A DNA stretch of 64,000 nucleotides. Source: Heptranchias perlo. Taxonomy: Eukaryota. Positions 1-14,363 of this stretch are shown one piece after another. The stretch spans positions 73,532,001 to 73,596,000 of the forward strand of contig NC_090326.1 in NCBI RefSeq assembly GCF_035084215.1, in the 5' to 3' direction. The position numbers and the translations under genes were made by a program. Under the pieces are notes generated by a model, which was not told the DNA's origin, did no database searches, and worked only from the letters and a program-made list of their open reading frames with translations. Every line of letters begins with the position of its first letter. The first letter of the stretch is position 1.

Positions 1-878
1 AAGGTCCCTCTGTTCCTCTACACCTCTCAGTATCCTCCCATTTATTGTGTATTCCCGTGCCTTGTTTGCCCTCCCCAAATGCATTACCTCACACTTCTCT
101 GAATTGAATTCCATTTGCCATTTTTCTGCCCACCTGGTCAGTTCATTGATATCTTCCTGCAGTCGACAGCTTTCTTCCTCGCTGTCAACCACATGGTCAA
201 TTTTTGTGTCATCTGCAGACTTAATCATGCCCCTTACATTTAGGTCTAAATCATTAATATATACCACAAAAAGCAAGGGACCTAGTACTAATCGCTGTGG
301 AACCCCACTGGAAACAGCCTTCCGGTCACAAAAACACCCATCAACCATTACCCTTTGCTTCCTGCCACTGAGCCAATTTTGGATCCAACTTGCCACTTTC
401 CCTTGGATCCCATGGGCTTTTACTTTTTTGACCAGTCTGCCATGTGGGACCTTGTCAAAAGCCTTGCTAAAATCCATGTAGACTACATCAAGCATCCTAC
501 CCTCATCAGCCCTCCTTGTTACTGCCTCAAAAAAATTCAATCAAGTTAGTCAGACAAGACCTTCCTGTAACAAATCCTACTGACTGTCCTTGATTAATCC
601 ATACCTTTCTAAATGACGATTTATATCACGTCTCAGAATTGTTTCCAATAATTTGCCCACCTCCGAGGTTAGGCTGACTGGTCTGTAATTAATCTGTCTA
701 ACCTTTTCTCCCTTTTTAAACAACGGTACAACATTAGCAGTCCTCCAATCCTCCCGCACCATGCTTGTAGCCAGAGAAGATTGGAAAATGATGGTCAGAG
801 CCTCCACTATTTCCTCCCTTGCTTCTCTTAACAGCCTGGGATAGATTTCATCCGGGCATGGAGTTTTATCTACTTTCA
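1..878 (-). mobile_element. CR1 LINE ORF2 fragment (RT), same family as 53210-56253; runs off window start
   Basis: WRTANVVPLFKKG, NYRPVSLTS on the minus strand; stops. Confidence 0.9.
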
Positions 879-1289
879 AAAATCTTTCTCCTCCCCCCCG
901 CCCCCCACCTCACTGTACTACTTTTTCTTTGCTGTAAACAAGTACATTTGGTAGTTCAGAATTTTTGTAATAGGCTTGAAATAATTTCTTAAGTGCATTT
1001 TTATGCCTTTCTTTCAGTCATAGCACAAATTTTGTTTGGATCAATACTGCTTGTGCTTTCATAAAGGGACATTGAGACTTATGTTGATTGGCTCAGTTCT
1101 GGATGACTCATTCTTGAACGTCAGTAAATGTCAACCCTTGGTTTAAAAATTTCCTCTAATCCTTCCCATTGAATACTCATGACACCGGCTTATAACATCT
1201 CAACTCTCAAAAGTGTGAAGTATGCTCCTGTTTCAATAGTAGACTGCCTTATTAGTTGGCAGTCTATCGTGGCTGCAAGAAAGCCCAAG

Positions 1290-1650
1290 CTTGATTCTTC
1301 CAGGCACAAAGAAACCTCAGTTTCCAGTTCACTGAAAGGTTGGAACGTATGGGATCCAAGTAAGCTTTTCTGCCGCATACAGAAATTAAGCACAAGGCAT
1401 CATGTTTACAAATTAAAGGCAACAAAAGGAAATCCAGGAGGAACCTTTTTACTGAAAAAGGATATTAAGTACGTGAAACAGATTGGTGAAACAAGAAAAC
1501 TTAATGAGTTTCAAGAAGGAACTAGATAAGTTCTTGTCAAAAAATGGGATTCAGAGTCATTAGAAATGCACCAACGGAAAATGTGGATAAGTAAGCAAGA
1601 TGGACCAGAGGTCTTTTGCTGCCTGAAGCTGCTATTACGTTACTATGTAA
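1290..1650 (+). mobile_element. Highly decayed CR1-like 3' end
   Basis: Residual TRGH-like/RxxFFT/FKxxLDKF signature and 3' tail; approximate limits. Confidence 0.45.
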
Positions 1651-1959
1651 TGAAGCATTGTACCTTCAGCAAGTTAAATAAGGAATTGATTACAGGCAAG
1701 GAACAGTCCTAAAATGGATACTGGCTGAGCATACTATATCCTGAGGTAGAGGGTCCTTCAAAGTGCATGTAACCTCATTAGGCACAAGCCTGTTTGAACT
1801 TAGGATATGCGGTCAATCCATTGGCACCCAACACCAGTTCAAAATGAGTAACTAGGGTGACAGTTTGAAATCACCTTCAGCACAATCTTATGCATCTTCT
1901 GAAGCAGCCACCTTGGCCTTGGCAACAGTTTCGATCCAACTGTGGCCTAAGGGCTTGTA

Positions 1960-2880
1960 CAGGGTCAAAATTACCTCCTTGCTTTTGTATTCTATGCCTT
2001 TAGATACAAAATCAATGATTCTGTTCGACTTTTTATGACCTTTTCTACTTGTGTGCCACCTTTTAATGACCTGTGTACATAAAAGGTTTCTCTGCTCTAT
2101 TCCATTTAGAATCTTGTCACTTAATGTGTACTTCCTTTCACCATTCTTAGGAAGTCTATTACTTCACATCTTTCTACATTGAAGTGCACCTGCAACTTGT
2201 CTGTCCATACCAATAGCCTATATATATGCTTCTGCAATCTTTCATAATTTGCCATAACCCCTTCCTATTTGGTGGTGGTGGCAAATTTTGATATTCTCCC
2301 AGTTTTCAAGATCATAGTACTTGAGTGCAACCTGAACACCTGTGGAAGGCCACTCGTCACCAGATTGAGAAACTTTCTTTCGCCCCTATCCTTTGCTTCC
2401 TATCTCCAACCATCTCTGTGGCAACATTCCCCTTAATCCTATGTGCCATAAGTCTCCTTTTGTGGTGCCTTATGAAGTGCTTTTGAAAATCCATTTAAAT
2501 CACATTCACGGCATTCCTTTATGTATTTTTTTTTAAAAGAATTCTCCAAATTTGGTACGGCATGACCTGCCTTTCAGAAATCCACACTGACTGGTCCTTT
2601 TAATTTCTGTTTCTCTAATTTCTTGGTAATTTCATTCATAGTGTTGATTCTCAAGGTTTACCAGCAACTGAAGTCAGACTAACTGGCCTATAATTTCCTG
2701 GCTAATCCCTATTACACTTTTTTGAAGAGAGATGTCGACATGTGCCACCTTCCATTCCTTTGGTGAATTTTCCTATCCACAGAATTTTGGAAAGATCTCA
2801 TCAGAGCCCCCACTATTTCTTGCCTAGCTTGCTTCAGGATGCTTGATTATAAATCATCAGGTTCTGGTAGCCTGGTAGTA
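1960..2880 (-). mobile_element. Highly decayed CR1 RT fragment
   Basis: Reverse-strand remnants of NYRPVSLTS, QxGFxKGRSC, DFxKAF motifs; approximate limits. Confidence 0.6.
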
Positions 2881-3344
2881 TCTTTAGTATCATGATTGTC
2901 TATCAACAAATAATCTAATATAAAGGCTTATGGCTTTAGAGAGGAAGGAATTTACAGGGGCATACAAAAGTGAGGGGCTTTTGAGGGCAAATGGATGTTA
3001 TTAGACCCAGTAAATGAGTCACCACAGACCAGTGAAATGGCTGGGCTAACACCAGACCTGGAGAGTGAACCATCAGAGATTGGAGCCTGGGACCAGAATA
3101 ATCTGGGGACAGCATTGTCCTGCCATAGAGACAAGTACTGAGAGAAGCCAAGGAAATAGAGATAGTGGATGGATTAAGGTTGGTAGAAAGAGTAATAAAA
3201 ATAAGAAAGTCTGTGCAGCTCCCCAAGCGATTACATTCATCAACTGATACCAGGCTCTGTCCATCAATTTAGAAGAAAATGAGGGAAGGGGGGAATACTA
3301 ACCAACTCCTTACCCCCAGGACAGGTGGGGGGGTTAAAGGAAAG

Positions 3345-3650
3345 AAACCCGTTTCCAACACAGCCAGTTCCGGTTTTAATGGAGGTGGAATGGGGGGCAG
3401 GCAACTAACCTGTTCTCCCGAGCCGGGTCCTTAATTTATACATTTTAATGAGGCTGCGTGGCTTTCCAGGGCTCGGAAAACCCGACAGCTGAAGGGAGGC
3501 GAGAACGGCTGGATCCAACAGTGCCTTTCCAACTCTGCTTGTGAGCCAGGAGGAGTGATCAGACCCCCGTGATCTATCCGGCCCCCGGATCTCTCTGACC
3601 ACCCCCAAACCCACCCCGGATCTCTCTGCCGCCGCCCCCCCCCCCCCCCA
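3345..3650. mobile_element. GC-rich non-autonomous DNA transposon (Harbinger-type MITE) fragment
   Basis: CpG-rich block with aaacccg/ttccgg motifs resembling the Harbinger subterminal regions; no complete TIR pair seen. Confidence 0.4.
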
Positions 3651-3883
3651 CCAAGACATTCCGAGATGATATACGACCAAGGTCCATTTAGTTTGCCTTC
3701 TACCATCTTGGTAGTTGCATGATACAATATACAATATTAATGGAGATGTTGCCTAATCGTAGCAATCAATCTCTATCAATTAGTCTACAACAGACCTAGA
3801 AATGGCACAAGGAAAACCCCAGTGGTGGAGAGTTTTGGGAGCCATAGGTCCAAAGTTACCTTTTTCCTGTCGAGCATGATACA

Positions 3884-5030
3884 TTTTTGAATTTCAAAAT
3901 ATACTTTATTTCTTAAAATTTAAAGATACACACAGTTCAATGTAAATACACAATTACAATTCAAAAGATACAATACAGATCGTACATACTCTGATCCTAT
4001 CATTACCATTTAAAACACAGTACATATCTTCTGATACATTCTGCACAATACAAAGTGGGATGTCCTTACACAATGGCCTTTCCCCATAGAGCCTTTGCTT
4101 AGGCTGCACCTCACTTCAGTGTGTCCCGCAGCACGTACTCCTGGACCTTGTAATGTGCCAGTCAGTAACACTCTGTCCTGGACAGCTCCTTCAGTTGGAA
4201 GACCAGCAGGTTTCGGGCGGATCGAAGGGCCTCCTTCACCAAGTTTATGGTCTTCCAGCCGCAGGTGATACCTGTCTCGGTGTATGTCCCAGGGAACCGC
4301 CCGTGGAGCACAGCATCCTGTGTTACTGAGCTGTTGGGGATGAACCGGGACAGATACCAATGCATCTCTCTCCACATCTTCTGCGCAAAGGGGCAGTCCA
4401 TCAGAAGGTGGATGACAGTCTCGTCCCCGCTGTAGCCTCGAGGGCATCTCGCGGTGGCGCTGAGATTCTCTGTGTGTAGGAAAGACTGCACTGGTGATGC
4501 CCTTCACACCACCATCCAATCTATATCCTGGTGTCTGTTTGGTTAGTTCCGGTGATGAGACATTCTGCCAAATGGCTTTGACCGTCTGGTCGGGGAACTG
4601 CCCTATCTGCTCCATCCTCTCCTTTCCCTGCAAGACCCCCAGAACGTTCCGTGCCGACCACTGTCTGGCGGCCTTGTGGTCGAAGTGGTTCCTCCTCAGG
4701 AACTTTTCTACCTGGGACAGGTGGTAGGGTACGGTCCAGCTGGATGGGACGCCCTGCGTCTGCTCGGTCAGACCCAGTCTTCTCCATGGTGGACAGGTAG
4801 AAATTCAGCATGTAATGAGATTTGGTGTTTCTGTTCTGGGGCTCCACACACATCCTGAGGCAATCACACACATGAAGGTGACCATCAGGATCAAGGGGAG
4901 ATCCAGGATGCCCTTTCTTCGCCCCCCCCCCCCCCCCCGACCTTTTTTGTCGGGGGGCTTGTACATGATGTTCCTGCAGATGCAGACTACCTTGGACCTC
5001 CAGACAAAGTTGAAGATTACTCGTGTGGTC
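3884..5030 (-). mobile_element. Tx1/L1-clade LINE 3' end
   Basis: C-terminal zinc-knuckle-like RCPRG...ETVIHLLMDCPFA..W; AATAAA at 3910-3905 followed by A-rich tail. Confidence 0.75.
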
Positions 5031-5034
5031 TCAC

Positions 5035-8000
5035 CAAAACCCTGTACAATTGCAGCAAGACTTCCTTACTCTTGCACTCCAATCCCCTTGCAATAAAGGC
5101 CAACATACCATTTACCTTCCTAATTGCTTGTTGTACCTGCTTGATAACTTTGAGTTTTGTGTACAAGAACACCCAAATCTCTCTGAAGGCTAACATTTTA
5201 AAAGTTTCTTACCATTTAAAAAAAATTATGTTTTTCTATTCTTCCTACCAAAGCGAATAACCTTACATTTCCCCACATTACACTCCATCTGCCACCTTCT
5301 TGCCCACTCACTTAACCTGTCTATATCCCTTTGCAGTCTCTTTGTGTCCTCACAGCTTACTTTCCCACCTAGCTTTTTATCATGAGTAAACTTGGATACA
5401 CTACACTTGGTCCCTTCATCCAAGTCATTAATATAGATTGTAAATAGCTGAGGCCCCAGCACTGATCCTTGTGACACCCCATTAGTTACAGCCTGCCAAC
5501 CTGAAAATGACTCATTTATTCCTACTCTCTGTTCTCTGTTAACCAATCCTCTGTCCATGCTAATATATTACTCCCAATCTCCTGAGCCCTTATTTGTGTA
5601 ACAATCTTTTATGTGGCACCTTATCGAATGCCTTTGAAAATCCAAATACACTACGTCCACTGGTTCCCCATTATCTACCCTGTTAGTTATATCCTCATAA
5701 AAACTCTAATAAATTTGTCAAACATGATTTCCCTTTCATAAAACCATGTTGACTCTGCCTAATCATATTATGATTTCTAAGTGCCCTGTTACCACAGCCA
5801 TAATAATGGAGTCCAGCATTTTCCTGACGACTGATGTGAGGCTAACTGGTCTGCCCCTCCGTGTTTTCTCTGCCCCTCCGTGTTTTCTCTGTCCCTCCTT
5901 TCTTAAATAGCGGTGTTACGCTTCTACCTTCCAATCCACTGGGACCGTTCTAGAACCCAGGGAATTTTGGAAGATCACAACCAATGCATCCACTATCTCT
6001 GCAGCCATTTCTTTGAGAACCCTCGGATGTAGGCCATCAGGTCCAGGGGATTTGTCGGCTTTTAGTCCCTTTAATTTCCCCAGTACTTTCTCTTAACTAA
6101 TTAATTACTTTAAGTTCCTCACACTCATTAGACCCTTGGTTCCCCACAATTTCTGGTATTCTTTTTGTGTCTTCTACTGTGAAGACAGGTACAAAATATT
6201 TGTTTAACGTCTCTGCCATTTCCTTATTCCCTATTATAATTTCTCCTGTCTCAGCCTCAAAAGGACCCACGTTTACTTTTGCTACTCTCTTCCTTTTTGC
6301 ATACTTGTAGAAGCTCTTACAATCTGTTTTTATATTTCTTGCTAGTTTACTCTCATTCTATTTTATCCCTCTTTTTTTGGTCATCCTTTGCTGGTTTCTA
6401 AAACTCTCCCAATCCTGAGACTTACTGCTCTTCGCAACATTATAAGCCTCTTCTTTTAATCTGATACTGTCCTTAACTTCATTAGTTAGCCATGGATAGA
6501 TCACTTTTCCCCTGGAGTTTTTATTTCTCAATGGAATGTATGTTTGTTGAGAATTATGAAATATTTCTTTAAATGTTTGCCATTGCTTATCTACTGTCAC
6601 CCTTTCAATCTAATTTCCCAATCTTCCATAGCCAACTCATACCCCAGACCTATGTAATTGGCTTTAAGTTTAAGACTCTAGTTTCTGACTTAAGTACGTC
6701 ATTCTCAAACTCTGTGAAATTCTATCATATTATGATCACTTCTCCCCAGAGGATCCCTTACTATGAGATTACTAATTAACCATGTCTTCTTACACAGGTT
6801 ACGATCTAAAATAGCCTGCTCCCTGGTTGGTTCCACGAAGAATTGTTCTAGAAAACTGTCTCGAATGCATTCCATGAACTTGTCCTCCAAACTACCTTTG
6901 CCAATTTGATTTGTCCAGTCCATATGAAGATTAAAGTCCCCCACGATTATTGCATTACCTTTGCTACAAGCTGCTTTTATTTCTTGATTAATACTCTACC
7001 AATAGTATAGCTACTGTTAGGGGGCCTATAGACTACTTCTACCAGTGTTTCCTGCCCCTTGTTATTTCTTATCTCCACCCATACTGATTCTACTTCCTGA
7101 TCTTCCGAGTCTAAATCCTTCCTCACTACTGTCCTTATGTTATCCTTTCTTATCGGTGCTACACCCCCTCATTTTCCATTTTGTCTGTCATTTTGAAATG
7201 TCAAGTACCCTGGAATATTTCATTCCCAACTTTGGTCATCTTGCAACCACGTATCAGTAATGGCTTCTGATCAAACCCATTTATCTCTATTTGTGCCATT
7301 AATTCATCTATCTTGTAACGAATGCTTCATGCATTCAGATAAAGCGCCTTTAATTTTAGCTTTTTATCAGTTTTCCTTGAAATGACTTTTTTTATTCGTT
7401 CATGGGATGTGGACGTCGCTGGCGAGGCTGGCATTTATTGCCCATCCCTAATTGCCCTTGAGAAGGTGGTGGTGAGCCGCTTCTTGAACCACTGCAGTCC
7501 GTGTGGTGAAGGTTCTCCCACAGTGCTGTTTAGGAAGGGAGTTCCAGGATTTTGACCCAGCGACAATGAAGGAACGGCGATATATTTCCAAGTCGGGATG
7601 GTGTGTGACTTGGAGGGGAACGTGCAGGTGGTGTTGTTCCCATGTATCTGCTGCTCTTGTCCTTCTAGGTGGTAGAGGTCGCGGGTTTGGGAGGTGCTGT
7701 CGAAGAAGCCTTGGCGAGTTGCTACAGTGCATCCTGTGGATGGTACACACTGCAGCCACTGTGCGCCGGTGGTGAAGGGAGTGAATGTTTAGGGTGGTGG
7801 ATGGGGTGCCAATCAAGCGGGCTGCTTTGTCCTGGATGGTGTTGAGCTTCTTGAGTGTTGTTGGAGCTGCACTCATCCAGGCAAGCGGAGAGTATTCCAT
7901 CACACTCCTGACTTATGCCTTGTAGAAGGTGGAAAGGCTTTGTGGAGTCAGGAGGTGAGTCACTCGCCGCAGAATACCCATCCTCTGACCTGCTCTTGTA

Positions 8001-9170
8001 GCCACAGTATTTATATGGCTGGTCCCGTTAAGTTTATGGTCAATGGTGACCCCCAGAATGTTGATGGTGGGGGATTTGGCGATGGTAATGCTGTTGAATG
8101 TCATGGGGAGGTGGTCATTGCCTGGCACTTGTCTGGCACGAATGTTACTTGCCACTTATGAGCCCAAGCCTTGATGTTGTCCAGGTCTTGCTGCATGCGG
8201 GCACGGACTGCTTCAATATCTGAGGGGTTGCGAATGGAACTGAACACTGTGCAGTCATCAGCGAACATCCCCATTTCTGACCTTATGATGGAGGGAGGGT
8301 CATTGATGAAGCAGCTGAAGATGGTTGGGCCTAGGACACTGCCTTGAGGAACTCCTGCAGCAGTGTCCTGGGTCTGAGATGATTGGCCTCCAACAACCAC
8401 TACCATCTTCCTTTGTGCTAGGTACGACTCCAGCCACTGGAGAATTTTCCCCCTGATTCCCATTGACTTCAATTTTACTAGGGCTCCATGGTGCCACACT
8501 CGGTCAAATGCTGCCTTGATGTCAAGGGCAGTCACTCTCATCTCACCTCTGGAATTCAGCTCTTTTGTCCATGTTTGGACGAAAGCCGTAATGAGGTCTG
8601 GAGCCGAGTGGTCCTGGCGGAACCCAAAGTGAGCATCAGTGAGCAGGTTATTGGTGAGTAAGTGCTGCTTGATAGCATTGTCGACGACAACTTCCATCAC
8701 TTTGCTGATGATTGAGAGTAGACTGATGGGGCGGTAATTGGCCGGATTGTATTTGTCCTGCTTTTTGTGGACAGGACATACCTGGGCAATTTTCCTTATT
8801 CGCTGATGCACTATTAGCGTTAAACTCTCCGTCCCTTCCTGTCTCACTCTGCTTACCTTTACCCGAATCGCTACACTGCTCTAATGCCTTGACTTTTCTC
8901 TTTAGATTTCTAAATTTCCCCTCATCTGAACCCCCCCTTCCCCTGCCTTTTTTTAGTTTAAAGCGCTATCTACAGCCCTAGTTATTTGATTTACCAGGAC
9001 ACTGGACCCAGCCCAGTTTAAGTGGAGCCCGTCCCAAAGGAACAGCTCCCTCTTTCCCCAGTACTGGTGCCAGTGTCCCATGAATCGATACCCCTGTCTC
9101 CCACACCACTCTTTTGAGCCACACATTTAACCCTCTGATCTGCTTGTCTTTATGCCAATTGCGCATGCGT
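5035..9170 (-). mobile_element. CR1 LINE (ORF1 esterase remnant, endonuclease, RT), split by a nested LINE at 7387-8794
   Basis: QGSVLGPQLF, GDFN, SDHN motifs; ORF1 DGLHL-type region at 8960-9166. Confidence 0.88.
7387..8794 (-). mobile_element. 5'-truncated CR1-group LINE of a distinct family with short poly-A tail
   Basis: NYRPISLLS, LDIKAAFDRVWH, PQGSVLGP, FADD; 3' end ...CATCCCATGAACGAATAAAAAAA. Confidence 0.88.
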
Positions 9171-9240
9171 TCAAGTCTTTGGAGTAGGGCTTGAACCCGC
9201 AGTCTTCGGACTCGGACAAAAGTGCTAACAGTGAGCTAAT
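9170..9240 (-). mobile_element. tRNA-derived SINE head fragment
   Basis: Minus strand TTAGCTCACTG...GGGTTCAAGCCC (pol III A/B boxes), matching the head of the SINE at 48215. Confidence 0.6.
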
Positions 9241-10156
9241 GTAACAGTGGGCTGATGTAAAATCCAGTATCTATAATTGGAAAACCCATGGCCACTGAGT
9301 TGTCAGTCAAAGAGGACTGCAGCCAGCTAAGGACTTTGGTTCTTTCTCAAAGTTCTCAGACTCGACTGTCAATCAAACCTGCTACTCCCGCCCAAGCCCA
9401 ATTCTTTGGTCTGAGGCAAGATGGCTTGAACCAAATATGATCTCCATTTCTGATAGTCTAGAGAAACATCAAGCAGCCTCACTTTCTGTAACTGAAATGT
9501 CAAACTGAGTAAGTTAAATAGAATGACACCGTAAGCAGTAAGATGTGACAGTGATCTGAGGAACAAAGCATCTGAAATAATACCTTTTGCATGCTAAACT
9601 GTATGTAAATTTTCTCCATCTTGCAGAAAACAGGTAGCCGTTACTGATCTTACCCCTGTGTGACCTATTTTGGCCCCTTTCATATTGATTCTAGCAATAT
9701 AAAAATATTGAAAATTAAACATAGACAAAATGTACTTTTGTCACTGTATCTTTTCCATTTCTTTAGATAGTTCCAATTGCTGATTTAGAGTTCTATTTGC
9801 CAATTTTTAAATTTTTTTTATCTGTACCGATATTTTTATAGCATTTCGGCCTGATGCTGTAGAACACTGTTTTTCCTTCGTAAGCATCTATTATTTTTAA
9901 ACTAAAGCCTTTACTTTATCTGCGCTAATATGTTATGTGACTCCTTTTATTATTATTCCTTTATACATGGATGAGTGATTGTCCATAGTTGTTATCCTAT
10001 TAACAAAAGCAGACCATGTAAAATGATTTTGTAATCATATTCACGAGGGATAACTTCTGTAATATGAAAACAGCAATATTTGTTAATTTTGTACCTAAGC
10101 CATGAATAAAATGGAATTTAACAAAACTACTAAATATTTTTGTTTCCCTTAAACAG

Positions 10157-10369
10157 ACATGGACAAACAATATGAACAAATCATCTGAGGCGAAGATTAA
10201 ATATTTTGACGGTGATGATTACACATGTATTACATTCCAACCTGATCTGTCAAAATTCAACATGGAAAAACTGGATAAAGATATAGTGGCACTCATGACT
10301 CGAAGGGCTTACGATGTAGCTGGGTCATGTAAAGGAGTCAAAGTCATGCTCAATGGAAAGAAATTGCCA
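10157..10369 (+). CDS. TOP2B: TOP2B exon a (TWTNNMNKSSEAKIK...NGKKLP), ATPase domain
   Basis: aaacag| acceptor, |gtaagc donor, 213 nt, phase 0/0. Confidence 0.95.
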
Positions 10370-12689
10370 GTAAGCATTTTAAAAAAGTAGTATTAATATT
10401 TGTAGGATGTTTTGGGGTACTTGCACTTTGCTTCCAACTAGAAGATCCAAAGTTTTAAGTTACATTCATGCCAGCTGTTCAAATTAACTTTAATTTGTGT
10501 GAGTTTGTTTTATTTTTTCAATTGTTATTTGTGCCTTAAAGAAATCTCGTAGGCTACAGGATCATCTTGTACCATTACAGTTGTGCAAGAGTGGGCCAGG
10601 ATGACTGGCTTTTAGATTTCTCTATGCTTCCTGGTGGAGAAGTGCCTGGTATTGTGCTGGATGCTTCACTACAATTACATGGCTAAAATGTTAACTGAGC
10701 ATAAGAGAATTACAATTGTGAACCTGTGTCTTATCAGGGAGTGGCACTTTCAACATGATGCGTTCTAAGTTTCTCCCTTGTGAAGAAAATTTCTAAACTT
10801 TAAAAAATATATTTTTTTCCTAGTTAAATTTTGTTGCATTCTAGATTTCCCAAACCATTAATTAAACATAATTTTTTCCCCCATTCTACAAATGCACTTA
10901 TTAAAATTAATTATTAATTGATCTCCTGTGGCATTGCTTATAAGTTATACCATATCGTCTCCATCTTGGCACACTATTATCTTCATGTTGCTGCTCCTTG
11001 CTGTTTTTTTCTCTAGCTCATCCCTGCTTTGCTCTGTCCTTTTCTGTTTCTATATTTTTCTTTTTGGGTGAGAGATGCAACATGGTGGGGAAGGGAATCA
11101 GAACCATGAGACACAGGTGGACAGGGAAGTTTTACAAAGAGGAACATAAGGACAGCATTAGGATGGGTGCAGACGGGAATGCCAAGGCCCATGAAGATAT
11201 CCGATGGTGGGAAATTGTTGGGGGTATGAGTAAAATTCTGATTGTAGAGGATAGGGGTAGGTACAGGTGCAGTCAAGGCCTGAGAGGAGGATGCCCAGAA
11301 ATGACTGAGTTGGGACCAGTGGGAAAAAAATTAATTTTAAATATACTTAACAATTAAAACTCTCCTGAAAGCTGTATTAGCCTGAATCTGGTCTTTATGG
11401 TGCCATGTAAGCTGGTGACAGTTGAGAGGTCTTAAAGATAAGGCAATAGCGCTACCCACTTTCAAGACCAAATGTGCAAGACTTCAGGGTAAGTGAAATC
11501 AATAGAAAACTGCTGGAAGTAGAGTAATGGAGGTAATGTGACGGTATCAGAAAAAACTTGACATAAAAAATGATGCAGAAAATATGTTGCAAAAGATGGA
11601 GTGCCCCTCGCATTCCTCACTCTGCCCCTTTTTAACCCCATCAACTCATCTCAACTCCTCCCTTACCTCCTGACCCCCCCCCCCCCCCTCACTATTCTTT
11701 CATCCCCTCCCTCAGCCTGATCTGAAAGCCTCTTAGCCCTATGTTGGAAAACTGGCACTTTGTCTTTTTAAACACTTGTATAGTGCAATAAATAGACTAT
11801 AGTGCTACAAGTGCTTTTTAAAAAAAAAACAAGTGGCTGTTTCCGAGTTTGATGCTGGAGATGAGGATCAGGGAGCATGGGAACAAAAGCCACTGAGCAG
11901 GCTGGGAAGTGGCTACAAATGGGCAGACTGGGGAGTGGCTAAAAACGGGTGTGGGAGACCAGTGGTGGCCAACAATAGATGGGGAAGCAGAGGTGGGTGT
12001 GTTGGGGGGGGGGAACTTTTTTTTAAAAGAAGGCCTGAAGCATTGCTACCTTGGCTGGAGAGTGGGATGTCTCAAAGCTTAGTTGATATCAACATCAGTA
12101 CCTTGGAGACCAAGTATTGCAGAGCTCAAGGGGTAAGAAAAATGATCAAATCAGCGTGGTGGTAATAGCAGTGACACAATTGTGTCTGAAGGCGGTGGGG
12201 GGGGGGGTGGAATTGTGCACAATGCAAGACTTTTTGGGTCTTTATGCAATACTATATTTTGAATAACCCATAATGCAGCACTTGAAGGGGAAGTGAAGTG
12301 GTGCTTTGAATTTTTTTCCCCCAAAAATTATTTGCTTTTTTCTGTATTCAACTTGTTTAACCAGTAATCATGCTTCTTCTGAAGTATTTAACTCAGTCAA
12401 ATTATAGTTTAGGATAATCTAGTCAGTGAATGATGAATGTGCAAAGTGGAAAATTGTTTCATTATCCAGTGTTAACATTGCTCACCTGGAGTACAGAAAT
12501 TACAAAAAAAAATTTTAAAGTCAATCGAAATTCTCCCAATATTGGTAAATAGTTGATGTAGCCATCTGTCTTCTCACAAACAGTTACTACGTTAAATTCT
12601 TAAAATTATCTACAATGGTTCATACTCCAGTTTTTGTAATAGTCAAATTAGCGACTTTGACCTAAATCATTCAGGAAGGATAGTATTTA

Positions 12690-14015
12690 CTAAGACAAGA
12701 GGTGAGGTTCGTGAAGTGTTGATCCCTGTAATGAGGGAGTCGGCTGTTAGCGAGTTTTTGCTAGATTAGAAACAAGCAAACCTGATGCCAATTTTCAGAG
12801 GGTGACAAACAAACAACTAAAAATCAATCAGCTTCACATTAGTAACTGGTAAAATAATAGCATCTATTATCAGGAGTATTGACTATTAATTCTATAATCA
12901 TAACTCAGTAAATGGCAACTGACACTTTCAGAAGGGGGGAATTTTGCCTCACCAACCTCCTTGACTGCATTTTGAGAAGGTTAATCCCTCAATGTGGTGT
13001 ACCTAGCTTTCTAAAAAATACTTGAACAGAATTCAGACAGGCTGCTGCTTAAGCTTAAGGCTACAACTTAAGTTTAAAGCAGTGGGGATTCAAAGTTAAA
13101 CCTGGGAATGAATAAGAAATTGGCTGGTGGGGAAGAAGTATTATATGCTTGTTCGGGGAGTAAAGTTCAGGTGCGGCTGCTCCCCAGTGGATTGTTCCAG
13201 GCATTGATGTTGGGATTCCTACTATCTGATTTACATTAACGACTTGGATTCAGAGCTCTATGCAAACTCATGAAATTTGCAAATGATGCCAAACTAGGAG
13301 GGACAGTTGAATCTGAGGAGACAGCTCATGAAGTACTCAATGAATTAGACAAAGTATGTAAGCGGAAAGAACAGTGACTATTGAAGTTAAAGATTGATAA
13401 GTATAAACTGCTGCACATAGAAAAAATAGGCAGCATAAGTACTCCTTGAATGATGTTGAAAGAGATGTAGGGATATTAATAGACACTGCATTAAATATGT
13501 CCAATTAATAAGGAGTAGCAAAGAAGCAAATGTAATCCTGAACTAAAAACAGTAGATTATAAATTGAAGGAAGTCGTGCTTAAACTGTTCAGTGCCTTGC
13601 TGAACCGTGCCCAGAGTAATGTGTCCATTTGTTGGTTACTGGGACGCAAGGGGGAGACATTAAAGACCCACAATACTGATCCATGCCATTAGAAAAACTG
13701 GAGAAATATGGGCTTTTCAACTTGGAAAGAAAGTGACAGATGACTTTCTAGAGATGTATATGGTAGTTAATGGTTGAAAGAAGGTAAATCCAGAACACTA
13801 CTTCAAATTAAAATGCAAAAGGACTAAGGAAGTTGGCTTCAAGCTAGTGAAAGGAAGATTTTGGATTGATTATAGGAAGTTTGTCATGCATTAAGTCGAA
13901 TGTGGAAATATGTAAGGAGCATTTGGATGCTGTGATAGGGAGATCTGAGTACTTTCTAGAAGCATAAGCTAAGATGGGCTGATTAACTCTTCTCATCCAT
14001 GTTTGTCTTGTGAAA
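12690..14015 (+). mobile_element. Old, heavily decayed CR1 RT/3' region
   Basis: Remnants of PIFK, LTNLL, KFAxDAKLGG, YCVxxW; approximate limits. Confidence 0.65.
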
Positions 14016-14363
14016 AATGCTACCAGAATTTTTGTAACTTTAGTATTTTTCACATCTGTTTATGTGGCACTCCATTCAGCACCTCCCCCACCCCAGCATC
14101 ACTCCCCTAACCCATAGCATAATCACTCAAAACCGTGGCTTAAGAAATTAATGGTTACAGAAAATATAGCTTTTGGTGTAAGGGGTAGTTTACATTAAGG
14201 GTGCATGTGAATGAAGAATTACAACAAGCTTCAAAGGATGGACGCAGCAGGAAAAAGGAGGGAAAAGGAATAAAGGATTGGAGGTGAGGAATAGGCAAAC
14301 TAGTGGTATATGTGTGATGTATGCTTTGACTTTGACTTAAGTGTTTTATTATTTGCCCTATAG

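Noticed and set aside
47-481. Recurring antisense ORFs such as MYSRALFALPKCITSH... (also 27862, 29167, 55187)
   Set aside because: Shadow frames on the opposite strand of CR1 ORF2; they recur because the repeat recurs.
3634-4938. Long C homopolymers (also 11673, 38589, 46600) as functional G-quadruplex elements
   Set aside because: Mostly inside repeats, common in this kind of genome, and homopolymer lengths are unreliable in assemblies.
5851-5890. 19-bp tandem duplication (and a 14-bp one near 42609)
   Set aside because: Two-unit slippage inside LINE copies; no spacer structure, not CRISPR-like.
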